A stretch of 64,000 nucleotides of DNA, taken from contig NW_021832375.1 in NCBI RefSeq assembly GCF_006345805.1, positions 124,001 to 188,000 of the forward strand, in the 5' to 3' direction. Shown one piece after another: positions 1 through 12,705 of the stretch. This DNA comes from Octopus sinensis. Lineage: Eukaryota. Below the pieces are notes generated by a model. That model saw nothing but the letters and a program-made list of their open reading frames with translations, ran no database searches and was not told where the DNA came from. Position 1 is the stretch's first letter; every line of letters begins with the position of its first letter. Both the position numbers and the translations under genes were made by a program.

Positions 1-507
1 GCAGAATCAGTGGTTTATTTCTCAATGTCCCTGGATTTAGCTATAACTAGGGGTAGATTTTTACCTGATGTTTTCTTATATGGTCCTTTAATGTAGGATT
101 ATGTAAGGAACTTTTCTTTTAATATCCGTCACAACAAATGTCCAGAATTTTCCTGTGGATGGTAAGATTTTGTTCGACTGCAATGATGGGGAAAGACACA
201 CGGGCCAGCCACCGTGGGGATCATACAACCATAATGCATCTTTGATTGGCCTGAAGTTAATGGTGCATAGAAACTCAGTCAACTCATCTGTTTTTAAAAT
301 ATTCTCCAGTTTTGTACATATACATTGTATTCTTCTATTTTAGAACAGTGACTTGTTTAGTTATACGGATCTCGTATATATGAAGCTATAGCAAATGTGT
401 CCCGTCTCTCCAGCCATAAAATTCAAAACCAGATGTCTAAATATAGAGGACTTGTGAAACAGATTAGATACAATGAAGAGTTTTATATATACATATATTA
501 ATGGTTG

Positions 508-1316
508 TACATGATCTTATCAATAAGTATCCAGACTGTTGCCATAGTAACAAAGCTAAAGTACACAGAGTAAAGTTGCTTGGCACAGATTGACCTTTAT
601 CTCTGTTGTGCATGCACGCTAAGTTTTGACTTTCTAGAGCAATTCCACTGTTTACAGCAGTGCTTGGAAGGAAGGTGTGTAGCGTGTGATCATCACATTG
701 ACAATGATATAGAAAGCTGAGCAGAGAATCTGCATCAAATTTTGTCAAAAGTTTGACGATTCCTGCTCAGAGGGCCCTAGAAATTTTTCAATAAATTTTT
801 ATCGTCCCTGACACAATCAAGGACATCTTGTGCATCTGAAACCCGTGTGTCCTTTTGGTCCGCTGAAAGCAGTTTTGGCAGACAGGCGTCTCAAACCCAA
901 ATCTTCAGTGGTAATGGACCGAACCGTAACTAACCTGCACATCCTCTGATAATTCAAGGATGGTAATTCGACGGTTTACCCACACAACTGCACGCCCATC
1001 AGCAATGTTTTTTCTCAGTTCTGCTCGTTGCAGATCTTCCAGAATTTTCGTCAATATCGACCTTTTCGGTCATACTTAAAATGTCTGAACCACTCTTACA
1101 TGTGTGTGTGGCTCATACACTCCTCTCCATACACTTTCTGCAACTTTACGTAGGCTTCCAAGCACTGCTGTAAACAGCGGATATGAGCTAGAACATAAAA
1201 ATTAGTGCGCATGTACAGCACAGATTGAGATCAATCTTTGCCAAGCGGCTTCACTCTGCGTGTTTTTGCTTCGTTACTATAGCAACAGTCTGGATACTTA
1301 TTGATCAGACCTCGTA
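508..1316. mobile_element. Mariner-derived non-autonomous element with ~170-bp terminal inverted repeats and an internally inverted transposase fragment
   Basis: The left end TACATGATCTTATCAATAAGTATCCAGACTGTT matches the reverse complement of the right end (TACGAGGTCTGATCAATAAGTATCCAGACTGTT), with similarity continuing to CAGCAGTGCTTGGAAG. The + strand at ~719-772 reads EQRICIKFCQKFDDSCSE (mariner transposase N-terminus). The - strand from ~1160 reads the continuation YVKLQKVYGEECMS. Confidence 0.8.
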
Positions 1317-1662
1317 TATAGACACAAAGTTGTGTACATATATAGTTTTATTCAGCAGAAATGGAGTCTAGAAGTGAAGTATGGTTTTGGAATATATGTG
1401 GGGCACTGCTTTTGTAATATATCAGAGTCAAGACGTATATTTAACAATATCTGTATAAATATACACGTGTGTGTGTGTGTCTGCGTAGCACTTATACACA
1501 CATAAATCTGTCCGAACGTGGTTCTTTAAAATAGAAATTGTGAGACACTCATGGAGGTCACTGCAGAGTTTCATAATATTTTGTGCTGTAAACATGTATA
1601 CCATGTAAAAATTGATATACATGAATGTTATTGATGAAATCTGTTTATATTTTGTTCCATAG

Positions 1663-1805
1663 ATGTCGCTGGTGTCAAGAGAACATGGCCACTGTGAGAC
1701 TGCAACCATGTGGAGATATTGTTTTCTGCGAGAATTGTTTTTCTGAAATTACATTTAAGAGATGCCCCGTGTGTCGAGAATACACCCTCAGCAAAAGTGA
1801 ATTTG
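1663..1805 (+). CDS. Internal exon encoding a RING finger (C3HC4-type, IAP/Neuralized-like spacing) of a RING + Death-domain gene
   Basis: Acceptor tttgttccatAG at 1661-62 and donor G|GTAAG at 1806. Translation CRWCQENMATVRLQPCGDIVFCENCFSEITFKRCPVCREYTLSKSEF = C-x2-C-x11-C-G-D-x3-C-x2-C-x8-C-P-V-C. Upstream exons lie outside the window. Confidence 0.85.
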
Positions 1806-3315
1806 GTAAGATAATCTTTGGGGCTCTGTTTGTTGTCTTGTTGACCTTATTGTGTGGAATAATGTGCTTCAAGCTTTCGTGTAGACCCAGGTATGTCATA
1901 ATGGGACAGATTTATGATAGGTGTTCCTGGGGTCTTTTCTTTGTGACAGTATATATATCACTACATCCACTAAATATTGCCTTTACCTAATTTTAAGATG
2001 TCACACTTCAAGATGTCTGTCATGATATGCTGTTTAGGTACGTACCCTGAATGTCTCTTTAGGTACGTACCCTGAATTATAAGAAATTAAGAAGATTAAA
2101 AATCAAATCTCTAAGAGTATAAGTATAATGATCATTAACGTTGATTAAATATTAAATTTAGTATTGAACGGTGAACATCTGTTTGCATTTAAACAAAACA
2201 TTGGTGTTGACATAAAATATAAAGATAGGAATTAAATATGAGTTCCCTGTGTGACTTGATCTCACAAATCCTTGTTTGTAACTATATATAATATACACTT
2301 ATTACATTGTTTGAACAACATTTACCATCCATATAGTCATTCTTTTTCTCACTCTTGTTAGATTTTAGATGATATTAATGCTAAAAGAGGCACAGTTTTC
2401 TGAGTGTTTCACCCTTTGGTCTTGATTGTTGCGTTCAAATTATTTAATGGAAGTTAGTCATTGTTATTTGATCAGGAAATGAATTAATCATTGGTATTTG
2501 GCAGTGGACTTGGTTATATCTTTCTTCGTCTGCTCATGGAACTACCATAATATTAGCTGTGCTGAGACACAATCATATTCATAGTAATGAAGGTTATATG
2601 TTCTTTACTCAGATTATATACAATCTATATTGATATCTAGTATTGCACCATCAAGCACAGGGCCATTGTATCACATATATACCCAATTATCATGATAATT
2701 AATAAGCTATAATTCATTAACTCTCTTACATTTGTATGTCTGAAATGTAAACTTATTTTGTCATAGGAACATCCTGTACCCTCACCTTACATTTTACACC
2801 TTGTTAGGGATCATGTTGTGGAGATGATTTTTAGGGGACAGATTGTGTGTGGGATGGAGGGTATGCACATAAAGGACATGTCTTTATGGGTTCAGTTTTA
2901 CTTAATTAGAGAGGAATGTTGATTAGTGAATTCTAGAGATGAGAGGACAGTGCCATGCCATAGGTTTGGCAGAGTTATAAGAAAAGAAAGACAAAGCTAA
3001 GAGAAAACTGTTATCAAGTGTTAATTAAACGAGATAATTGCAACATTGTTTGAATATTTAATGTGTTTTTAGAGAGAGAGAGAGAGAGAGGGAGAGGGTG
3101 GATTTAGGAATGTTAGTCTGTTTATTGTGGACATATTGAGCTATTACATGGGACCACTGTAGAAAGTACAGAAATATTGACCAAAACCATAATGGTCAAC
3201 ATTTGACCATTAACGACAGGAATTGAATGTCTCACAATAAAAAGATAGGGTTTAATAAAAATAAAGATGAAGAAAGTTTATTATTAAATGTAAAACTTGG
3301 AAATATTTATTTCAG

Positions 3316-3393
3316 GGGCTCCAAAGTTTGAAGACATGTGTGTAAAAACAGAGGCTACTTGTCAGGAATTAGGGGCTGCATCTCAGGCAATAG
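3316..3393 (+). CDS. Linker exon (78 nt, phase 1-1) of the RING-Death domain gene
   Basis: Acceptor aaatatttatttcAG and donor G|GTGAGT. Open in frame with the RING exon: (G)APKFEDMCVKTEATCQELGAASQAI. Confidence 0.65.
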
Positions 3394-3644
3394 GTGAGTA
3401 TAAAATAATAGTTCCCAATTGATTTCTGTAAGGTTTTCTTCCCCCGAGTATATTGTGCTCGAAAGAATAACTGAAAACAGCTTCCTTTCCTATTTTCCAA
3501 TTGAACGATTATCTGTATAATAATTGAATTAAAGATATCGATTTACTGAGAGTTTATGAAATACCCATTGAGGTTAATGCTGTTGGTAATAATGTTCAAA
3601 TTAGAAGACACAATAGAGTTAATTTTGTCATTTGGTCACAGAAC

Positions 3645-4010
3645 TCATCATCATCATCATCATCATCATCGTTTAACGTCCGTTTTTATAGTAGCATGGG
3701 TCGGACGATTTCACTGGCAAGGCAGTAGGCTGCGCCAGGCTCCAATGTGATCTGGCAAGGTTTCCACATATGTATGCCATTCCTAATGCCAACCACTCCG
3801 AGAGTGTGGTGGGTGCCTTTTACTTGCCACCGACACAGGAGCCAGTTGAGGTTGGGACTGGCATTGACCACGTTTGGATGGTGCTTTTTACGTGCCAGCG
3901 GCACAGGGAACTAGTCAGGTGGCAGTGACAAGGACCTATGCTTCTATGGTACTTATAACGTGACACAGGAACAGGTGCCAGTCAGGCGGCACTGGCATCG
4001 GTCACAACTA
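3645..4010 (-). mobile_element. RTE-type LINE 3' UTR fragment with (GAT)n tail
   Basis: (CAT)n followed by CGTTTAACGTCCG...GCATGGGTCGGACG. Related copies at ~6985-7150 (+) and ~8575-8810 (-). Confidence 0.65.
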
Positions 4011-5384
4011 CAATTTCCATTTTGATTTCAATCTTGAATTGCTTTTGATTTTTCATATCTGTTATTGCCTGGAGGACTATGATGAAAACGAGGGGTTCAG
4101 GAATGATCCCTAGTGAACTCCTACTTCTATCCGGAATTCTTCTTCACTATACTCATTGCCGATCTTCACCTTACTACAGGGCCTCTTCAACTCTTATAAT
4201 CGCTCGTCAATCCCTAGTTTCCGCATTAGCTGTAAAAAGGATTCTATTAAATATTCCACTGAAATTTCATAAAATCAAGGTTAACGTGGTTGGTAAAATG
4301 GATAAATAAGAAGACATAATAGAGTTAATGATGTCTTTTAGGACAGAGAACTAAAACATTTCGTTGTTTATTTGTAAACAGGTGAGTTAACGAGAAAGCT
4401 TTTGTTTCTTTTGCTACTAAGGTCTTTCCTAAGTTTTCTGATAGGTTATTGTTGTTGTTGTTATGTAGCCAGATGTCTGTCATGACATGTTGTTTAGGTA
4501 CCTACCCTGAATGTTTCAGGTCAGAATAACTTTGTTATAAATTAAAGAAATTAAAAATCAAATCTCTAAGATTATAAGTATAATGATCATTAACGTTGAT
4601 TAAATATTAAATTTAGTATTGAATGGTGAACATCTGTTTGCATTTAAACAAAACATTGGTGTTGACATAAAATATAAAGATAGGAATTAAATATGAGTTC
4701 CCTGTGTGACTTGATCTCACAAATCCTTGTTTGTAACTATATATAATATACACTTATTACATTGTTTGAACAACATTTACCATCCATATAGTCATTCTTT
4801 TTCTCACTCTTGTTAGATTTTAGATGATATTAATGCTAAAAGAGGCACAGTTTTCTGAGTGTTTCACCCTTTGGTCTTGATTGTTGCGTTCAAATTATTT
4901 AATGGAAGATAGTCATTGTTATTTGACCAGGAAATGAATTAATCATTAGTATTTGGCAGTGGACTTGGTTATATCTTTCTTCGTCTGCTCATGGAACTAC
5001 CATAATATTAGCTGTGCTGAGACACAATCATATTCATAGTAATGAAGGTTATATGTTCTTTACTCAGATTATATACAATCTATATTGATATCTAGTATTG
5101 CACCGTCAAGCACAGTGCCATTGTATCACATATATACACAATTATCATGATAATTAATAAGCTATAATTCATTAACTCTCTTACATTTGTATGTCTGAAA
5201 TGTAAACTTATTTTGTCATAGGAACATCGTGTACCCTCACCTAACATTTTATATCTTGTTAGGGATCATGTTGGGGAAGGGTGTATGGAATTTAGCTTGT
5301 GGAGATGTTTTTTAGGGGACAGATTGTGTTCAGGGTGGGGGGTATGCACATAAAGGACATGCCTTGATGGCCTCGATGTTACTT

Positions 5385-5860
5385 AGCCAGTTGGGTCTTT
5401 TCAAGCACAGAAAATTGCTGATTGTCTCAGTCGTTTTAGTTATCTTCCGTGTGAAGCTCAGCATCTGAACATCATTTCTCACCACTTTGCCCCATGTCTT
5501 CCTCAGTCTTCCTCTTCCTCAGCTTCTCTCCACATTTAGAGATCCGCATCTCTTTATGCTGATCACCTCATCCATATGCATCACATAACCATACTATGAA
5601 AGATCTCTCTTTTGAACTCTACATCGGATGACTCTTATACCCAGATTTGCTCTTAAGACATTTCCACTGCGACTTACCTGAACACTGATGTTGTACATCC
5701 AGTGAAGCATGCTGGCTTCATTTGACTCCGACCCTTTGCATGTCTTCTATCTTCACAGCCTATCTTTCATTATTGTGTTGTACATCTGTCCGTACACAGG
5801 TCTCATACAATCTGCTTTCCACTCTTAGGGAGAAGCCCTTCGTTACCAACAGAGTGGGGG
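5385..5860 (-). mobile_element. Decayed RTE LINE ORF 3' end
   Basis: The minus strand gives frameshifted matches to the RTE C-terminus (LLVTKGFSLRV..RLY..CVRT...RKRKTEEDM / VLEKT). Inserted in cassette copy 2. Confidence 0.7.
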
Positions 5861-5976
5861 GATTTGGGTCGGTTAATCTTGACTATTGGCTATAGGAATA
5901 TTTCACAATTATAAAATATCGATGTTCATTAAAGAAATTTTACTATAAAGTATAATCTTGGAAATATTTATTTCAG

Positions 5977-6027
5977 CAAGGCCAATATTTGAAGACAAAG
6001 AGGTCCAGACAGTAGAAGAACCACGTG
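5977..6027 (+). pseudogene. Duplicated linker-type exon with dead donor site (pseudo-exon or alternative terminal exon)
   Basis: Same acceptor block (cttggaaatatttatttcAG). 51 nt, phase 1-1, (A)RPIFEDKEVQTVEEPR. The position homologous to GTGAGTAT reads CTGAGTAT; read-through stops at TGA 6054-56. Confidence 0.5.
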
Positions 6028-6984
6028 CTGAGTATAGAATGACATTACATAATTGATTTCTATAAATTTTAGCTTTTACTGAGCTATTTTGGTCAATAGA
6101 ATGACCGAGAACAGGTTCCACTGCTACATTTCATTTGAATGCTTAGCTATAAAGAAATTCTGTTCTTCTACAACAACACGAATATCCAATAAATGTACTT
6201 TATGCAAACATCAGTTACTCATTCACTCGCAGAAAGAAAGATTCAAAAATTAAATATAAACCCTGAAACGGTTCTCTCCCGTTAAGGAGAATATTCGCCC
6301 TGTTTGTCATCTCATTGTACTCATTCATTCTCTCTCTCTCACTCATGCTCTTTCTCTCCGTCTTTTCAAGAAAGATGCTGGTTAAAAGTTTCAATACAAT
6401 AAATGATATCATCCTCATCTTTTCTCATCTGCTCTCCATGCTCCCATACACTAGGTGGGTCATCACTGTCCAAGTCAGTTGTATCTGAAATTACTGCCAA
6501 CCGTCATTTGTTGAGGAAAACATCTCACTTAAACATTGCAGCTTTTCTAAGGTGGTAGACCCTTTCTAACCCCAACCACTTTATAAAGGGTCCTGGGTAT
6601 ATTTTATTGTCGCACAAGCATTAGAAATGATCATCAATTTCCCAACAATATCAAACGTTCCTTTCAAACTTGTGGTGTCATCTTTCCTAGTTTCCACCAA
6701 CCACTTCCTAGTGTGTTCTGGGAGCATTTAATTATAGCACAAGTAGTAATCAAGTTGTGTTACATTCTACATAATTAGACGGTCCTCACTACTCTATGAT
6801 GTTTTGTTTCACTGAAGCTGATGACATTTTCAGGAGGTGAGAAGGGAATGTGATGACAAAAGAATCAGGATGCGGGGAGAGAAATTTGCAATACCCCCTC
6901 TCCCGGCTGTGGGGTCTTTGTCTTACATGTCTTTTGGCTAAGTATGCCAGTACTTGTGCTTTATACAAAGGGGTCACGTACACT

Positions 6985-7150
6985 CTGTGGGGTGGTTGGC
7001 ATCAATAAGAGCATCCTACCGTAGAAAACCATGCCAAAGAAACCATCTGGGGCCTGGTGCAGTTGTCTGGCTTGTCAGATCCTGTCAAGATTTCCAACCC
7101 ATTCCAGCATGGAAAACAAACTTTGAATGTTGATGATGATGATGATGATG
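6985..7150 (+). mobile_element. RTE-type 3' UTR fragment with (GAT)n tail
   Basis: GGTTGGCAT..AGAGCATCC..GTAGAAAACCATGCC...CCAGCATGGAAAAC followed by (GAT)n; reverse complement resembles 3645-3800. Confidence 0.6.
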
Positions 7151-8058
7151 CTGTCTTCCAGTAACTCATCATAATTCTTTGTCTTAGATTGTTACAGTAG
7201 TTTCCTGTCTGGTATAACATATTAGCTCAGTATAATAATATCGATTGTGGAAACCGGTTCAGTGATTTTGATAACATTCATATTGAACAGAGAACATATG
7301 TTCACATTTGAACAAAACATTGATGCTAACATATGCAATACATGGAAAGGAATGAACGTATGAGATTCCAGTGTGACTTGAACTCACAACTCTTTTCTAA
7401 CTATATATATATATAATTATTGCTTGTTACGATGTTTGAATAACGTTTACTGTCCATATATAGACATCGTTATACTGACAATTGTTGGCTTTGAGATGGT
7501 TTCAATTGTAAGAGAGTCACTGTTTTCAGTCTTTCACATTTTGGTTTTACTTCCGACTTGATTGTTATGTTGAAATTAGATCATGGAACCTGGTCATTGT
7601 TATTTGACCAAGAAAAGAATTCATCATTAGTATTCGGTACTGGAAATGGTTACATTTTTCTATGGTTTCTCATGGAACTACCATAATATCAACTGTGCTG
7701 AGACACAACCATATTCATTGTAACAAATGTCACATGTTCTTCACACAGATTTTATACAATCTATATTGATAGTTAGTGTTTAAACGCCGCATTAACATGA
7801 TAATTAATCAGCTATCATTCATTAACTCTCTTAAACTTGTCTTTGTGAATGTTTCATAGCATTATCTTGTACCCTCATCTGATATTTTACACCTTGTTAC
7901 CCTCAAAGTAAGCATAACTTTTACATGGGTACACAACCACATCCCTACGAACTAGTTTTTACAGCTGTATGCCCTTCCCACAATAGTAAAGTGTTGATTA
8001 TCAATAACTATAATGAAATTATACTATAAAACGTAAAACTTGAAAATATTCATTTCAA

Positions 8059-8106
8059 AGACTCCAACTTCTGTGAAGGATGCCTTGACAACATCACAGC
8101 CAGTTG
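8059..8106 (+). pseudogene. Duplicated linker-type exon with dead acceptor
   Basis: The homologous acceptor reads atattcatttcAA instead of ttcAG. 48 nt, phase 1-1, (E)TPTSVKDALTTSQPV, donor G|GTGAGA retained. The next AG (8059-60) would give a frameshifting 46-nt exon. Confidence 0.45.
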
Positions 8107-8869
8107 GTGAGAAGCAAATTACAGTACCTCATGGATTTCTATGAATTTAACCTTCACCTGAGCATTTGTAGTTTATCAGAATGACTGAGGACAAGATCCA
8201 TTCCTAATTTACATCTGAAATATTAGCTGTATAATAATTCTATTAGACATTTTGATATCAATGGAATTTCACAAAATAGTAAACGGGGTTGGCATGGTTC
8301 GGAAAATGGATAATTTAGAAGACAATAGAATTAATACTGTATTTTGAAACGGAGGACTAAAATATGTAGTTACAAAGTTTACTGATAGGTTATTGCTGTT
8401 GTTGCTATTTAGGCAAATATCTCTCATAATGTGACAGATTTACGATGAAATGTGTTCCGTATGTGAACACCCTGCCTTTTTCTTTCACTAATAATAAATT
8501 TATCATTACATCCCCTAAACATTGTCTTTATCCATGTAAAAGCATTAGGTTTGATGTTGAGACAACCATTCTCTCCCTCTCTCTCCAAGATAGACACTGA
8601 TGACCCTCATCATTTATCATCTGGTTTCTATGCTCCTATCGATTGGATGGATGATTCCTATCCATGTCAGTTCTTATTAACAAATACTGTCCGCCTTGAT
8701 TGGATGAGGAATACATTCCGGCTTTTCTATGGTGATGTGCCTTTCCTAACATCAACCGCTTTAAAAAGGGCCTTGGGCACAATTTTGCTCCAAAAGCCCT
8801 AGAAAAATGATCATGTCGTCAACAAATTTAAACACTCCTCTTTAACTTCTACAAGGAAATTCTGTTTGC

Positions 8870-11800
8870 AGATACTAAGAACAGAAAGCTAAAATACAAT
8901 AAAGATGAACTGGATGGATATATGCAGGAGATCCAAAGCAAAAGCAATGATTCCCATTCATAGACAGTTTGAAATGTCCATTGAAACCAGCAATCAAATA
9001 CCGATTGATTAGTTCAGACTAATTTCAACCTTGAATATAAATGGCAAGATTTATAAGGTTGTATTCACAAAGAGATCAACGGTAAATCTACAGAATAATG
9101 AATATGGGACTAAAAGTATCTCGAAGACTGGAATCCTCTGGCATTCCTGGCTGTGTGGAACATGTGTCTTAAATCTAGGATGTGATACAAGACGGAAAGA
9201 AGAATAAAAGGGATTGAATGTTGTGTGATTTGATCTGGTTTATGGTTCTCTAGCAAACAAATTGTTGATGGAAGCAGTGGACCTGTTTTATATATGAGAA
9301 AAGATTAAGGATCTGATGAGGAGCTGCTATAACAATTTCAATATGCAGTTCATGAGGAAAACTTTCTCGATAGACTGGTATCATTTTGAAGCGGGAATTG
9401 CTGTAGTTTCTACAAAATCAGTCATTTGGTTTGTGATTGTTATGGAGATGTTACTTAAATCAGCAGATTGATAAGAAATGGCTCAAAGGAAAACACTCGA
9501 GAAGACATTAATGGATTACATAACAATAGTAACAACAAATAAAAGGATATGCAAATAGTTCTGGATTAACTGGGTAGACTGAGAAACTTGGTGAAGAATG
9601 TGGTTCAATGCAAATGAGTAATGCAGCCCGTCATTTGTGAAAGGTAAGCAGAAACAAGTGAAGGTCAAAATAGCAGGAGAAACCCTGATGAAGTTTAAAG
9701 GGAAACTTGAAAAACTATTACGACGATGGTACACTACCTAATTTTGCAATAAGAGTAAAAGCATTGAGATCAAGTCACAGAACGAAGATGGGTTAAAAGA
9801 AATATATATGCCAAACATTCTGGAAAATAAAAGATTTGGAGCTCGCACTTTGTATTCCCGTCTTTCTTATATATTTTTGAGTATCAGTCCTATTGTACCA
9901 TTTCAGATGTCTTCACTGCAATAATGTGTAGATGTCCAGTTGTATGTAGTGAATGGGGTTTTGTACAAGTGTACAGTGTTTTAGGACACCTGATATCACT
10001 TTTTCTTTCATCTGTGGAGAACTGATCATTGCTCACCTTTATTAAGGAGTCTTAAAATATTCCCTGCACCAGATAATGACCAGGTGACCTGGGATGTGGG
10101 ATGATAAAATTCAAGATTTCCAACAGCAAAGAGAACAGGTATTACGTTTATTTTACTTGAAGTGGTGTGTCATGCATTTGTGACGAGATCTTTGGAGACC
10201 ACATTGGAAGATATTGGACTTTAGCAGAAGATGAGGAGAATGGTGGTTAGTGAAGTGTAGAGTTCAGAGGACAGTCACATGTCATAGATTTGGTACAGAT
10301 ATATGAAAGGAGAGAGAGAACTATGAGAAGAAACAGTCTCATGAAATGATAATTGAATGAAATAATTGCAACATTGTTAGATTATGTAGGATGTCTCTGT
10401 TAAAGAGAAACAAGGTTTCGGAAAGTTAGTCTATTTTGTTGTGGGCCTAAATATTGAGCTATTACCTGGTCCCACAATGGAAAGTATAAAAATACTGAGC
10501 AAAACCCTAGTGGTCACCAGCCAACCACTGATGATAACAATGTCCCACAACAATAAACTACAGAATATTTATAGAGATAAATAAGTTTTACAATCAATTA
10601 TAAAACTTGGAAATATTTATTTCAGAGAGTCCAGTTCTGAAGGAGAGGGATCTTCTGAGAGTGGCTAAGAGGTTAGGACGTGATTGGTGGCAAGTGGGTG
10701 AGTATATTTGATTTCTATATATTTTACTTTCACCTGATCTATTTTATTTGTCAGAATGAATGAGAACAAGTTACATTCCTCATTTCCAATTGATAGGTTA
10801 CCTGTATGACAATTTTATTTACGATATTCCTGATATTTCATAAAATATCCACTGAGGTTAGCATGGTTGGTAATAATGGATAAACTAGAAAACACAAATG
10901 GCGTTTAATATTATCTTTTGGAAGAGGGAACTAAAATATATTGTTTAAGGGTAAACAGGTGAGTGAATTTATTTTACATTTTCTTTAGGTTCACTGTTAG
11001 GTTATTGTAATGAAGGACAAGTACCAAAGTTCACATCTAAAACAAAGCATCTTTATTCAAACAGAAGACTTTGAGTTCGGTTCTTCTTGCAGCCATTAGG
11101 GATTGGGTTATTGTGTTGGAAGCTGATAATTCCAATTTATTTTGCCATTTTGCAATGACTTTACCACATGACATATGTCTGTAAATGCTTCAATAAAAAG
11201 AGATTTAATAAAGGTGACACAGCGAAATCCTATCATTCTCCTCAGGCGAAAACAGAGAATTCCTTTAAGGGAATTTACCAGAAAATGAACATTCACAAGT
11301 CAAGCCGAACTGGAGGTGGCATCTCTCATTGAGACTGACATAATAATAACTGAATAGGCTCTGTAGAATTGATCGAACCTGGAGTTCATTGGAGAAGTTT
11401 GAAATGGGATTGAGTTTGACTTAGAATTATCGACTGTTGGACAATCACTGATCATTCGATTTCCAGTGTCCTCTTGGGAACTTTGCAAGGTAGTAGATGG
11501 CACAGAGGGACAGTACTTTCATGACCCTTTTGAATACCAGGTCTGAAATCTACCAGAATAAGACAGATATATGGGATTCTTCTAAAGGGTCTTTGGAGTA
11601 ATGTTACTCAATAGGATTTATAGTTCAGAGTTCTGGGAGTCTCTCCAGGTTGAACCACGTCTCCTCCACATCTGTGGTACCTTGGACATGTGATCAGGGT
11701 GTTGCAGCAATGAATTACAGGACAGGTTCTCAAAGTCAAACCAATGGAACAGGACACCGAGGGGGAGGCCAAGAAAGAAATGGTTGGATGATATCCATAG

Positions 11801-11990
11801 TCTTAGTTCTTCACATCATAGAATACAAGCAGAATGTCTAATGATGGATGCTTCTGATAGGACCCTATGGAGGAGGTGCCTGAGGACTCTTTCCCCACAG
11901 CCCTTTCAAGAATATTGAGCAGAGGAAATGGATGGATCATATGCTTTCACTGTTGGAGGTCAATGTTAATTCTTGAGGTTCTGATATACT
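8870..11990. mobile_element. Highly decayed LINE remnants in the last introns (about 8870-9790 and 11060-11990)
   Basis: Codon-like purine-rich tracts with scattered endonuclease-like words (e.g. minus-strand EETWFN near 11660); no intact ORF. Confidence 0.3.
10626..10697 (+). CDS. Exon encoding the first helices of a Death domain (72 nt, phase 1-1)
   Basis: Acceptor cttggaaatatttatttcAG, donor G|GTGAGT. (E)SPVLKERDLLRVAKRLGRDWWQV matches the Death-domain start pattern L-x2-(I/V)A-x2-LG-x-DW. Confidence 0.8.
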
Positions 11991-12271
11991 TTTGCCTTCA
12001 CAAAAGTTTTCCTGCCCTCGTTTACCATATATTTTCTCAAGTATAATTTTCAATTAATTTTCTTTAAAAATCTCATTTAATTCAAACTCTTTGTAATTTT
12101 TGTCAATAGAAAACAATGTCTTATATTTTTCATGTTTCATAGCTATTTCTTTTTTTTTATTTCTCTATTGATAAAGTTTGTTTGTTATATTCATAACAAC
12201 CTACAGTACACAGCGTTTTATGTTATTGTCAATGTTGTTGCATTTATTTCTTATTGTTGTGTCTTTTGCAG

Positions 12272-12471
12272 CGATTCTTTTAGGAGTTGATGCAACTGAA
12301 CTGAAAATTGATGATGAGTCTATTGACGCTGTAAAACAAGGCTACCTGATGCTTAACGAATGGTTCAAAAATTGCGACCCAGAAACACGGACACACGCAA
12401 CATTAAGTGCAGCTCTTGAAGAAGCTGAATGTTTCGCTGCGATGGAATGTCTGTCATTAGACGCAAAGTGA
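12272..12471 (+). CDS. Terminal coding exon completing the Death domain
   Basis: Acceptor gtgtcttttgcAG, in frame with the previous exon: (A)ILLGVDATELKIDDESIDAVKQGYLMLNEWFKNCDPETRTHATLSAALEEAECFAAMECLSLDAK-stop. It shows the LG...ML..W....T...L..AL Death-domain pattern. Confidence 0.8.
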
Positions 12472-12705
12472 ATTTCTGTGTAACTGTTGTTTTTTAGCCT
12501 CAGATTAACCTTGACCAAACAGAGAATTATGATCAAACGCTTTCCAGCCAAGACCATCATGCCTCTTTCCAAAGAGACCCCACAACCACATTGTCCAATA
12601 TGCCCTTCTGTATCGTGTGAATTTAGCTGCTAATTCTAGCAGGTATATCAACCACATAGTGATCCCTTCCCTGGTTTGGCTCCTTTGTTAAAAATTCACA
12701 TTTAA

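Larger units (their letters stand above)
1995..11005 (+). repeat. Intragenic tandem duplication of an intron+exon cassette (four exon-bearing copies plus a partial copy)
   Basis: ~2010-2900 and ~4465-5365 are nearly identical; ~7215-8410 and ~10240-11005 are more diverged copies. All four share the acceptor block at 3294, 5957, 8037 and 10604 and similar post-exon intron sequence. Confidence 0.85.

Noticed and set aside
88-343. Short ORFs at the window start as upstream exons of the RING gene
   Set aside because: No convincing splice sites in a compatible phase and no recognisable domain.
1806-1990. Apparent transmembrane helix after the RING in ORF 1625-1990
   Set aside because: Lies after a consensus donor (G|GTAAG at 1806) and is T-rich intron. 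An intron-retained membrane isoform cannot be excluded but has no support.
4341-4386. Extra exon ending at CAG|GTGAGT (also at ~10958)
   Set aside because: The best acceptor gives a 40-nt frame-breaking exon with AT-rich intron-like content; part of the duplicated cassette.
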